NCBI GenBank assembly: GCA_902571865.1
Contig: CACGDO010000005.1
Coordinates: 1,486-65,485 of the forward strand
DNA: 64,000 nucleotides
Direction of reading: 5' to 3'
Origin: an uncultured Alphaproteobacteria bacterium
GTDB taxonomy: Bacteria > Pseudomonadota > Alphaproteobacteria > HIMB59 > GCA-002718135
Below, piece by piece: positions 53,233 to 62,353 of this stretch. Position numbers and translations under genes: made by a program. Positions within the stretch are counted from its first letter, which is position 1; each line of letters begins with the position of its first letter. The notes beneath the pieces are model-generated. The model had not been told where the DNA came from. It ran no database searches and saw only the letters and a program-made list of their open reading frames with translations.

Positions 53233-56186
53233 AGACAAGAAGAATAGATAACTATGGAAAAATTAATAGAGATAAAATTTTATCCTTTAGGTGGGATAAA
53301 AAAAATTACAAAGGTTTTGAAGGAGATACTCTAGCATCAGCATTACTTGCAAATAATATTGGTATAGTTGGTAGAAGTTTTAAATATCATAGACCAAGGG
53401 GAATATTTTCTAGTGGAGTCGAGGAGTCCGGTGCTTTAGTTACTATTGGTTCAAAAGATAGAAGAGATCCAAATGTAAGAGCAACAACGCAAGAATTATA
53501 TAATGGTTTGGAAGCAAGTGGTCAAAATGCATTTCCAAATGTAAATTTTGATCTAGCTGGAATAAATAATTACTTAGGTAGGTTTTTTGCAGCTGGTTTT
53601 TATTATAAAACTTTTATGGGAATACCTCCACTTGAATGGGGTAAAGGAACAGCCATATGGATGTTTTTTGAAAAGTTTATTAGAAAAGCTGCGGGAATGG
53701 GAAGTGCTTCTGGGTTACCTGATCCAGATACTTATGAGCATGCTCATGATTTTTGTGATTTAATTGTTGTAGGATCAGGACCTGCTGGTGTTGCAGCTGC
53801 AATAGAGGCAGCAGAAAAAAAATTAGATGTTATTTTAGTTGAGCAAGATAGTCTTATTGGAGGAAATCAACTTGCAGAAAATGATTTTGATAACTCACAA
53901 ATTAAAAATCAACTTGAAAATCTAGGCATAAAAATAATGACTAGAACTACTGCATTCGGATTATATGATAATTGTGTTGTTGGTTTATTAGAGAGAGTAA
54001 CAGACCATATATCAGCATCAAATGTAAACATTCCACGCCAAAGATTTTGGACCATTAGAGCAAAGCATATAATTGTTGGTGCTGGAGCAATTGAAAGACA
54101 CATTGCATTTAATAATAATGATATTCCTGGTGTAATGACCGTAAATGCATCAAAGCATTATTTGAATAGATATGGTGTACTCACCGGAAAAAGAATTGTG
54201 ATAGCTACAAATAATGATTCTGTTTATGAAACAGCACATCAATTATCAGAAGCTGGGGCCAATGTAACTGTTCTTGATTCACGAACTAATTTTGAAATTG
54301 AGACAAATAAAAGTTTTGAAATAAGAAAAGGGTATGTACCTTATAATATTAATGGTTCAAAAAAAATTAATAGTTTAGATATATCAAAAAGTGTAACTAT
54401 TAATAAATCTGAAACTATAAATTGTGATCAGGTTCTATTATCAGGTGGCTGGTCACCTGCTGTACATTTGTTATCTCACAGAGGCGTAAAGCCTAAATGG
54501 GATTATAACAATGCTTGTTTTTTACCAAGTGACACAAAAGAAAATATTACAATGGTAGGTTCTTCTAGAGGTTTATGGAATAAAAATGATTGTATTGCTT
54601 CTGGGATAGCAGGAACTACTGATGCGTTGAACCGTTTAGGTATTTCTAAAACAAATTATTTTTTCCCAAAACCTGGTGGATGGAAAAATCCCATACAACC
54701 ACTTTATGAAGTAAAATATAAAAAATCTAGATCAAAAAGTTTTGTAGATTATCAACATGATGTAACAACAGATGACGTAAGACTCGCACATCGTGAAGGT
54801 TTCATTTCGGTAGAGCATCTTAAAAGATACACAACTTTAGGTATGGCAAACGATCAAGGAAAAATGGGAAATATCATTGGATTGTCTTTAATGGCAGAAC
54901 TTTTAAATAAAGAAATTTCAGAAGTTGGAACTACTGTTTTTAGACCTCCTTATACTCCTGTATCTATAGGTGCCTTAAGCGGAAGAAATGTTGGAAAACA
55001 TTTTAGGCCGTTAAGAGTAACGCCAATGCATCAATGGAATATTGATCATGGTGCAAAAATGATTGAAGTTGGATTGTATCAAAGACCTTGGTATTATCCC
55101 AAAGAAAATGAAACTTTAAGTGACTCTTATATAAGAGAAGCATCAACAGTAAGAAAAACAGTTGGAATTTGTGATGTAACATCATTAGGCAAAATAGCTA
55201 TTCAAGGACCAGACTCTACCGAATTTTTAAATAGAATTTATTCGAATGGTTTTTCAAAACTACAAGTTGGAAAAGCTAGATACGGTATCATGTTACGTGA
55301 TGACGGTATTGTAATGGATGATGGCACATCTTGGAGATTAGCAGAAAATGAATATTTTATGACGACGTCTACAGGTGAAGCTGCAAAAGTGATGTCATGG
55401 TTAGAAGAATTACTTCAAACTAGATGGACAGATCTTAATGTTAATGTGACTAGTGTTTCTGAACAATGGGCAGGCGTATCAATTGCAGGACCTAAATCTA
55501 GAGAAGTTCTCAATAATTGTGTCGATGATTCTTTGGTTATAACTAATAATAACTTACCTTTTATGGGTGTTACTTCAACATTTCTTAAAGGTAATATTCC
55601 TTGTAGGATTGCAAGAATTAGTTTTTCCGGCGAATTAGCTTTTGAAGTTTATGTCAAATCAGATTTTGCCAATACAATGATGGACTTACTTTGGGAAAAT
55701 GCAAAAAAATATGATGGATGTTTATATGGATTAGAAGCTTTAGGTGCGCTTAGAGTTGAAAAAGGTCATGTAACAGCTGCTGAGCTTGATGGGAGGGTAA
55801 CAATTGATGATGCAGGTTTAAGCAAAATGGCATCTACAAAAAAATCATATATTGGAAGCGCAATGAGAAAACGAGGAGTTTTAAAAAATAATGATCGTGA
55901 AATTCTAGTAGGCTTCTTTCCTACAAATCTAAAAGAAACTTTTAATGCTGGAACTATTGTGTGTGAAAAAAATAATATTAAAGGACAGGGTATCGGAAGA
56001 ATCACCTCAGTCACTTATTCTCCAGAACTTGGACATTGGATTGGAATAGGTTTTGTAAAAGGTGGTTTAGATAAATGGAAAGATACCACTTTAGTAGGCG
56101 CAGACCCTGTAAGAAATAAACAAATGAATTTAAAAGTTGTTTCACCACATATGATTGATCCTAAAGGAGAACGAATGTATGCATAG
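53229..56186 (+). CDS. soxA: Sarcosine oxidase family alpha subunit (NAD-binding plus GcvT-like folate domain)
   Basis: GDTLASAL, FKYHRPRG, GSGPAG, KRYTTLGMA.DQGK, RISFSGELAFE. Confidence 0.92.
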   Translation: MKTRRIDNYGKINRDKILSFRWDKKNYKGFEGDTLASALLANNIGIVGRSFKYHRPRGIFSSGVEESGALVTIGSKDRRDPNVRATTQELYNGLEASGQNAFPNVNFDLAGINNYLGRFFAAGFYYKTFMGIPPLEWGKGTAIWMFFEKFIRKAAGMGSASGLPDPDTYEHAHDFCDLIVVGSGPAGVAAAIEAAEKKLDVILVEQDSLIGGNQLAENDFDNSQIKNQLENLGIKIMTRTTAFGLYDNCVVGLLERVTDHISASNVNIPRQRFWTIRAKHIIVGAGAIERHIAFNNNDIPGVMTVNASKHYLNRYGVLTGKRIVIATNNDSVYETAHQLSEAGANVTVLDSRTNFEIETNKSFEIRKGYVPYNINGSKKINSLDISKSVTINKSETINCDQVLLSGGWSPAVHLLSHRGVKPKWDYNNACFLPSDTKENITMVGSSRGLWNKNDCIASGIAGTTDALNRLGISKTNYFFPKPGGWKNPIQPLYEVKYKKSRSKSFVDYQHDVTTDDVRLAHREGFISVEHLKRYTTLGMANDQGKMGNIIGLSLMAELLNKEISEVGTTVFRPPYTPVSIGALSGRNVGKHFRPLRVTPMHQWNIDHGAKMIEVGLYQRPWYYPKENETLSDSYIREASTVRKTVGICDVTSLGKIAIQGPDSTEFLNRIYSNGFSKLQVGKARYGIMLRDDGIVMDDGTSWRLAENEYFMTTSTGEAAKVMSWLEELLQTRWTDLNVNVTSVSEQWAGVSIAGPKSREVLNNCVDDSLVITNNNLPFMGVTSTFLKGNIPCRIARISFSGELAFEVYVKSDFANTMMDLLWENAKKYDGCLYGLEALGALRVEKGHVTAAELDGRVTIDDAGLSKMASTKKSYIGSAMRKRGVLKNNDREILVGFFPTNLKETFNAGTIVCEKNNIKGQGIGRITSVTYSPELGHWIGIGFVKGGLDKWKDTTLVGADPVRNKQMNLKVVSPHMIDPKGERMYA

Positions 56187-56742
56187 ACATTCTGCACTAG
56201 AAACAATTTATAAGGTTGGAAAATATTCATCAAGCGAGAAACAATCTCTAACATTTAAAGAATTAAAAAGTTTAGAAATTTTGCAAATTGCTTGTTGGCC
56301 TGACAAAATTGATGAAATGAATAATTTAATATCAAAAGAACTAAAAATTAAAAATATTCCTAGTTTTAATAAAGGGATAATTTTTGAAAATAAATCATTA
56401 TGGAGAATGGAACCTTTGAAATGGTGGCTATTTAATAAAGAAATTGAAATAAGTGAGCAAATCGCAACAATTTTAGACATGTCTCATGCTTTTACAGGTA
56501 TTGAAATTACAGGAGATAATTCATCATTATTTTTAAATAGACATCTTCCAATTGATTTAAGAGCTAGGAATTTTCCAGATCTATCTTCTGCTAGCACAGC
56601 TATTCATCATGTCAGTGTTAAGCTATTTAAAATAACTTCCAATAACTACTGTCTATATATACCAAGAGGTTTTGCTTTATCAATTTGGGAGATCCTTCTT
56701 GAAACAGCGGATCAGTTTGGATACGAAGTATTAGAGAGATAG
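56179..56742 (+). CDS. soxG: Sarcosine oxidase family gamma subunit
   Basis: Position after soxA with 8-nt overlap; DMSHA...I.ITG, PIDL, RGFA..IW..L. Confidence 0.8.
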   Translation: MHRHSALETIYKVGKYSSSEKQSLTFKELKSLEILQIACWPDKIDEMNNLISKELKIKNIPSFNKGIIFENKSLWRMEPLKWWLFNKEIEISEQIATILDMSHAFTGIEITGDNSSLFLNRHLPIDLRARNFPDLSSASTAIHHVSVKLFKITSNNYCLYIPRGFALSIWEILLETADQFGYEVLER

Positions 56743-56816
56743 ATAAGTTATCTTGGGGTAACGGAAACTGGTTATAAACTAATTACTAATGTATTTAGCA
56801 ATTTGCATATAGTAAA

Positions 56817-57497
56817 TTAATCATTTGCATCACCACCTCCAGCACCTTTGGCTCTAGATTCCTCTGACTCAGGTACAAAAGTTCTAAAAGCTATCTTAGA
56901 TATTTGATCCCAAGATTTTTTATCAGGATTTATGCCTTCAGATAGCAAATTATTTATATTTGATGATGGAATATTAATATCTAACTTTTGTTCATTTAAA
57001 ATATTTTTTGTAAGTAAAAGATCAAAATTTCTTTGATAATTTGTAGAGATAATATCTCTATTAATACTAATATTTTTATTTGTTATTTGTGCATTAACTT
57101 TTTGATCTAACAAAAACTGTGAATTGATATTTTTTTTTGCATACTTATAAAGCAAAGGTATTAGGAATATGGGATCATTGCAATTTTTTATAGTTAATAT
57201 TAAATTTTCTTTTTTATCTACTTTTGATATCAAATAATCAATTAATCCTGGCCCTATCATCAAAAAAGATTTATTTTTACAATCAAACTCATCATTTATA
57301 TTTGATGGATCTATGCTAGCATTAAAAGTGTTATCTAATTCTTTAATTTTTAATGTTAATAATTTGATTCCATCTAAACCAAGTATTTCAAGCCAAGTTG
57401 TAATAAATGCAGCGTCTTCATCTGATCCATATGTGAACCCTAATCCTGAAAAAGCTCGCTGTGAATTAGTGTAGACTTCATAATAAGAGTAACTCAC
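56817..57497 (-). CDS. DUF3726-like protein of unknown function (probable GTG start 57497; track start 57533)
   Basis: N-terminal S..EV....QRAF.GLG..YG..EDAA....WL...GLDG pattern; C-terminal SEESRAKGAG. Confidence 0.55.
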   Translation of the reverse strand: MSYSYYEVYTNSQRAFSGLGFTYGSDEDAAFITTWLEILGLDGIKLLTLKIKELDNTFNASIDPSNINDEFDCKNKSFLMIGPGLIDYLISKVDKKENLILTIKNCNDPIFLIPLLYKYAKKNINSQFLLDQKVNAQITNKNISINRDIISTNYQRNFDLLLTKNILNEQKLDINIPSSNINNLLSEGINPDKKSWDQISKIAFRTFVPESEESRAKGAGGGDAND

Positions 57498-57502
57498 AGA
57501 TA

Positions 57503-59167
57503 TTAATATGAATTCATTGTTGCAAAACCCCATTCATCAACATTTTTATTATTTAGATCTGATAGATAAGGAGCTCCAGAAAAAAAACTTACTCTTAACC
57601 ATCTATCTGACTTAGGATCATATCGATTGGCACCAAAAAAAGATAATTTAAATCTTAACATATCAATTGGTATTGTTTTTTTATCGAGAACATTATCTTG
57701 AACTTCCGAATAAGGATAATTTTTTAAAGATTGTATTCTTTTAATAATTCCTCTGTATTCGGGATGTGTTAATAAAAATTCACAAATTAATTGATTTTCA
57801 TCTACATTTTTTATTTGCTTAAATAAGTCACTGACCATTTTTGCAATTCCTAAATTTTGCTCCAATTCACTTCCTTGCTCATTATATCTTTCACCCAGCC
57901 TAGGTTCTAACTTTGCTGCTGAAACATACCAAAATAAATAATTGCTATCATTGTTATTAAAATCAATATCTTTTATCCAAGAATATTTATCATTGATTAT
58001 TTGTTTTAAATCTCCGATAGATTGATTTCCATCAATTTCCATTATCTCCTCATCTGCCATATCTTCTGCTAACTCTTCTGATATTTGAGGATACAATTCA
58101 ATTAGTTGTACTCTTGCAATTTCTTGAGTATCATTATTAAAATTTGAATCACAATAATCTAGAATATCTAACCATTTAAATTTTTGAGAGAGATCTAAGT
58201 CATTAATATAGAAAATATATTTTTTTAAATCTTCAGTAGTTAATTTATTTTTATTAATTTGGAATTCATCACTTGTGTTTACTTCCTCAAGATAATTAAG
58301 AGCTTTATTCAACAGTTTTTTATATTTTTCAAAAATTATACTATCTAACTCAATTTGAGAAATTGCTTCTAATGTCTTTGTGTACTGTTTCATCCACTTA
58401 TTAATCAACTTTGGATGCTTAATGATAAAAGGTGCCATACCTAAACCTGTTGAATTACCAATACCTAAATGTTGTTTAATTTTTCTATCTAACTTTACTG
58501 CTTTTTTTGGATTAATTTGCCTTGCAACATGCTCGACTAATTCAATACTAAATTCTCTAATTAAATAAACTGATAACATTTCTGCTCTAAAGGGTTGATT
58601 GAAAACAGTTGTATTTTTTGTGTTAGTAAAATCTGATAATCCAAATTTACCACTACCATAAACAGCAGTAGTTCTCAGTAAATACCCAACTTTATTTATT
58701 TCATAAATATCTGGCTGATTACCATTTGAAAGACAATCGACAACATACTGAAACAATCTTACACTTTTATTTGCTCTGCTAAGAATTAACTCATCTGGAG
58801 AATTGCGACCTGATTCTTGAAGAGGAATTGTTTTTTTTAATCTATTTAGATCTTGATCAGATAATTTACCTACATGTAACGTATAGGCTGTATCCCATTT
58901 ACTAGCAATAACTCTATCACTTCTATCCTTATCATCTAGAAAAGCAGAGAAACATACAAGTGAATAAGTTTGCTTATTAATAATTATTTCATAAACAACA
59001 GTGCCGAAACCATATTTATCTAAATCAAATTTTGATTTATGTATTTCCCAGTTGTCATTGATCAATCTTCTTAACATACTTCTAGAAAAACTAAGGCGAG
59101 AAGGATAGCGTGAACCCATTCTTGATAGTTTCATGTAGTTATCGTTTTCTCTTACTTTTTGTAACAT
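57503..59167 (-). CDS. Conserved-looking hypothetical protein, 554 aa
   Basis: Long soluble ORF with enzyme-like low-variability segments (RSDRVIA..WD, GYLLRTTAVYGSGKFG, GIGNSTGLGMAPF, FFGANRYDPKSDRW); no family recognised. Confidence 0.8.
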   Translation of the reverse strand: MLQKVRENDNYMKLSRMGSRYPSRLSFSRSMLRRLINDNWEIHKSKFDLDKYGFGTVVYEIIINKQTYSLVCFSAFLDDKDRSDRVIASKWDTAYTLHVGKLSDQDLNRLKKTIPLQESGRNSPDELILSRANKSVRLFQYVVDCLSNGNQPDIYEINKVGYLLRTTAVYGSGKFGLSDFTNTKNTTVFNQPFRAEMLSVYLIREFSIELVEHVARQINPKKAVKLDRKIKQHLGIGNSTGLGMAPFIIKHPKLINKWMKQYTKTLEAISQIELDSIIFEKYKKLLNKALNYLEEVNTSDEFQINKNKLTTEDLKKYIFYINDLDLSQKFKWLDILDYCDSNFNNDTQEIARVQLIELYPQISEELAEDMADEEIMEIDGNQSIGDLKQIINDKYSWIKDIDFNNNDSNYLFWYVSAAKLEPRLGERYNEQGSELEQNLGIAKMVSDLFKQIKNVDENQLICEFLLTHPEYRGIIKRIQSLKNYPYSEVQDNVLDKKTIPIDMLRFKLSFFGANRYDPKSDRWLRVSFFSGAPYLSDLNNKNVDEWGFATMNSY

Positions 59168-59221
59168 TTATTAAATATCTGTAGTTAATTTTGGTTTTTT
59201 CATTAATAGAAGTATTAATCT

Positions 59222-60208
59222 ATGTCAAAAATAAGTGAAGATATACTTCTAATTGATGGATTGGAATATTGTAACTGGAATAGGGAATTATTTGAAAATG
59301 CCCACCAATCTGGATTAACTGCAATTCATGCGACATTAGTGTATTGGGAAAATACTGAAGAGTCTTTTGAAAAAATAAATTATTGGCACCGTCTTTTTAA
59401 AGAGCATCATGATATTATTGCTCACGCAAAAACTACCGAAGATATTTTGGATGCTAAAAAAAATAATAAAGTTGCAATTATTTTTGGTTTTCAAAATTCT
59501 GCTCCTATTGCGAATGATATATTTTTAATTGAAAAATTTTTTGAAGCAGGTGTAAGATTTATGCAACTCACCTATAATAATCAAACCCCACTCGCTGGAG
59601 GATGTTTTGAACCTAAAGACTCAGGTGTTTCACGATTTGGAAAAGCTGTTATTGAAGAAATGAATAGACTTGGCATGATTGTAGATTTAAGTCATGCAGG
59701 AAAGCAAACTTGTCTTGACGCTATTGAAGTCTCAAATAAACCTGTGGCAATTTCTCATGCTAACCCAAATTTCTTTCATAAATCTAAAAGAAACATTGAT
59801 ACTGATATTTTACAAAAACTTGTTAAAAAAAATGGTTTTATTGGGTTAAGTTTATATCCTTACCATCTTAAAAATTTAGGTGATTGTACCATAGAAGATT
59901 TTTGTGAAATGATTAAGGAGCTAGTAAACCTAATTGGTGAAGACAATATTGGAATAGGGTCTGATCTTTGTTTAAATTGGCCTGATGATGTAGTTATGTG
60001 GATGAGAAATGGAAACTGGACCAAAAATATCGACTATGGAGAATCTAAAGATAAAAATCCAAAATGGCCTAAGTTACCAAGTTGGTATAAACAACCAAGT
60101 GACTTAAATAATTTTTTTTATTTAATGTGTGAAAATAATATTCCAGAAAAAGTTTCTACAAAAATAATAGGTCAGAATTGGTTTAACTTCATGAAAAATC
60201 AATTTTAG
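59222..60208 (+). CDS. M19 membrane-dipeptidase-like amidohydrolase (non-canonical metal site)
   Basis: QLTYN, MNRLGMIVDLSH, AISHAN, GIGSD; the N-terminal HxD and bridging Glu are replaced. Confidence 0.82.
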   Translation: MSKISEDILLIDGLEYCNWNRELFENAHQSGLTAIHATLVYWENTEESFEKINYWHRLFKEHHDIIAHAKTTEDILDAKKNNKVAIIFGFQNSAPIANDIFLIEKFFEAGVRFMQLTYNNQTPLAGGCFEPKDSGVSRFGKAVIEEMNRLGMIVDLSHAGKQTCLDAIEVSNKPVAISHANPNFFHKSKRNIDTDILQKLVKKNGFIGLSLYPYHLKNLGDCTIEDFCEMIKELVNLIGEDNIGIGSDLCLNWPDDVVMWMRNGNWTKNIDYGESKDKNPKWPKLPSWYKQPSDLNNFFYLMCENNIPEKVSTKIIGQNWFNFMKNQF

Positions 60209-61068
60209 TTTCTACGACTAATAAAAGAAGCTGATAGCAAACTTATAATTACAATCGAAGCACCAATCATTTGATAAGTTTCTAAATTTTCTTTTAATAA
60301 AAAAACAGCTCCAAGAACACCTACCACTGGTTCTAAATACAAAAATAAAGCAGTATATGATTGTCCAATCTTTGGGATAGCAATTAATTGTGATAAAAGT
60401 GCAAAGCTATAACATACCGAAGGAATTATAATTAAAAGATAAATATTGAAATCAAAATTAAAATTTAATGAAAAAAATATTTTTAATATTACAAAGAAGA
60501 AAAAAGTATTAAAAACATTTATAAAGATATTAATTGGTATTGGTGAAATACCTTTAATAGACATTTTTTGATTTACTATAATCATACTAGTTGATCCAAG
60601 TGAGGCAAGAAAAGCTAAAAGAATACCTACTATATTTATGACTTTAAAAGATGGTCCTATAACTAAAACAATTCCTAAAAATGTAACAAAAAAGAGAATC
60701 TTTACAGTTAATGAAATTTTTTCTTTATCGACAATAATAGAAAATAAAAGAACATATATTGGATAGAGGCAAAAAATAAGAATTGTTAAACTAACTTCAA
60801 TAAATATAACTGAAGTCAATAATCCAAGCGTTAATAATATTGAACCCGCTGAAATAGATAAAAAGTATTTTAGGTTCTTTTTAAAAATTTCTAATAGATT
60901 CTTTTGATAAGGGATAAAAGGTAATATAATTATCGCGGCAACTGCGTAACGTAAAAAAATAGTTAATGCTACAGAGGCGCCTGAATTATATGCTATTTTT
61001 GTAGTAGGGCCAATTAGGCCAAACAAAATTCCAGCAACTAAAGCAAAAATAACTCCAAATATGAACAT
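60205..61068 (-). CDS. EamA/DMT-family transporter
   Basis: About 10 hydrophobic segments in two repeats, LRY, YLEPV. Confidence 0.85.
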   Translation of the reverse strand: MFIFGVIFALVAGILFGLIGPTTKIAYNSGASVALTIFLRYAVAAIIILPFIPYQKNLLEIFKKNLKYFLSISAGSILLTLGLLTSVIFIEVSLTILIFCLYPIYVLLFSIIVDKEKISLTVKILFFVTFLGIVLVIGPSFKVINIVGILLAFLASLGSTSMIIVNQKMSIKGISPIPINIFINVFNTFFFFVILKIFFSLNFNFDFNIYLLIIIPSVCYSFALLSQLIAIPKIGQSYTALFLYLEPVVGVLGAVFLLKENLETYQMIGASIVIISLLSASFISRRN

Positions 61069-61133
61069 TTTTTAAATTAACTTTTGACTATTTGTTTTCA
61101 TGCAGTTATTCAAGCTTCATTACAAAATATATT

Positions 61134-62222
61134 ATGAATGACACATCTCAAAGTTTCGTTAAATTTGAAAAGATTGATAAAAGTTATGATGGAGAAGTAC
61201 TAGTAGTAAAAAACTTAAACTTGGATATTGCTAAGGGTGAGTTTGTAACAATGTTGGGTCCATCAGGATCAGGTAAAACAACAACTTTGATGATGTTAGC
61301 TGGTTTTGAAACACCTACAAACGGTGAAATATTTTTAGATACTAAACCAATAAGTAAAATACCTCCTTATGAAAGAGAAATTGGAATGGTATTTCAAAAC
61401 TATGCTTTATTTCCCCACATGACTGTTGCAGAAAATTTATCATTCCCTCTAGAAGTAAGAAAAATTTCAAAACCAGATATTAAAGAAAAAGTGCAGAAAG
61501 CTCTTGATATGGTTGAGTTAGGAAATTTTGGTACTAGATTTCCTGCTCAATTATCTGGTGGACAACAACAAAGAGTTGCTTTGGCTAGAGCACTTGTATT
61601 TGAACCACGCCTTGTATTAATGGATGAGCCTTTAGGTGCACTTGATAAGAATTTGCGTGAACAGATGCAATACGAAATCAAACATATTCATGATAGGATT
61701 GGTATAACAGTTGTCTATGTTACACATGATCAAAGTGAAGCATTAACAATGTCCAACAGAATTGCAGTATTCAATGATGGTGTAGTACAACAATTATCTA
61801 CTCCTGATATTTTGTATGAAAAACCTGAAAATTCTTTTGTTGCTAAATTTATAGGTGAAAATAATACATTAAATGGTGTTGTTAAAGAAGTAAATGGTTC
61901 GTCATGTACTGTTGAATTAGATGGTGGTTTTGGAATGGTGAAAGCGTTAAAAATTAATGTGAATGAAGTTGGAGAAAAAACTCAACTATCTATTAGACCA
62001 GAACGTGTTTCAATAGACAGTTCTACTTCTGGCTCAAACAATTTTTCAGGAAAAATTGAAGAATTAATTTACCTAGGTGATCATATTAGAGCTAGGCTTG
62101 ATGTTTGTGGAAATAATGAGTTTATAGTAAAAGTCCCTAATGAAGGAAGTTTTAGTCATAAAGAAGGAGATCAACTTAATTTAAGCTGGGATTCCGAGGA
62201 TGTTAGAGCTCTAGATATTTAA
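61134..62222 (+). CDS. ABC transporter ATPase, PotA-like with TOBE domain
   Basis: GPSGSGKT, VFQNYALFPH, LSGGQQQR, LMDEPLGALD, YVTHDQ; ATG at 61134. Confidence 0.93.
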   Translation: MNDTSQSFVKFEKIDKSYDGEVLVVKNLNLDIAKGEFVTMLGPSGSGKTTTLMMLAGFETPTNGEIFLDTKPISKIPPYEREIGMVFQNYALFPHMTVAENLSFPLEVRKISKPDIKEKVQKALDMVELGNFGTRFPAQLSGGQQQRVALARALVFEPRLVLMDEPLGALDKNLREQMQYEIKHIHDRIGITVVYVTHDQSEALTMSNRIAVFNDGVVQQLSTPDILYEKPENSFVAKFIGENNTLNGVVKEVNGSSCTVELDGGFGMVKALKINVNEVGEKTQLSIRPERVSIDSSTSGSNNFSGKIEELIYLGDHIRARLDVCGNNEFIVKVPNEGSFSHKEGDQLNLSWDSEDVRALDI

Positions 62223-62353
62223 ATCTATTTTTTTATCGGTATTTGGCCAAAATTTTTTATTTTTACCTCTTTTTTTTCATTTAATGACATGTTATTAAAC
62301 CACCATTACGGACATAATCTTAAGATTAATTAATAAAAAATAGGAGGATATAT

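Noticed and set aside
56747-56762. Small hairpin GTTATC-ttgg-GGTAAC after soxG
   Set aside because: 6-bp stem with a G-U pair and no U-tract; too weak to call a terminator or sRNA.
59202-59219. Inverted repeat ATTAATA-gaag-TATTAAT before the dipeptidase ATG
   Set aside because: All-A/T 7-bp arms are expected by chance at this composition; it would need conservation in relatives.
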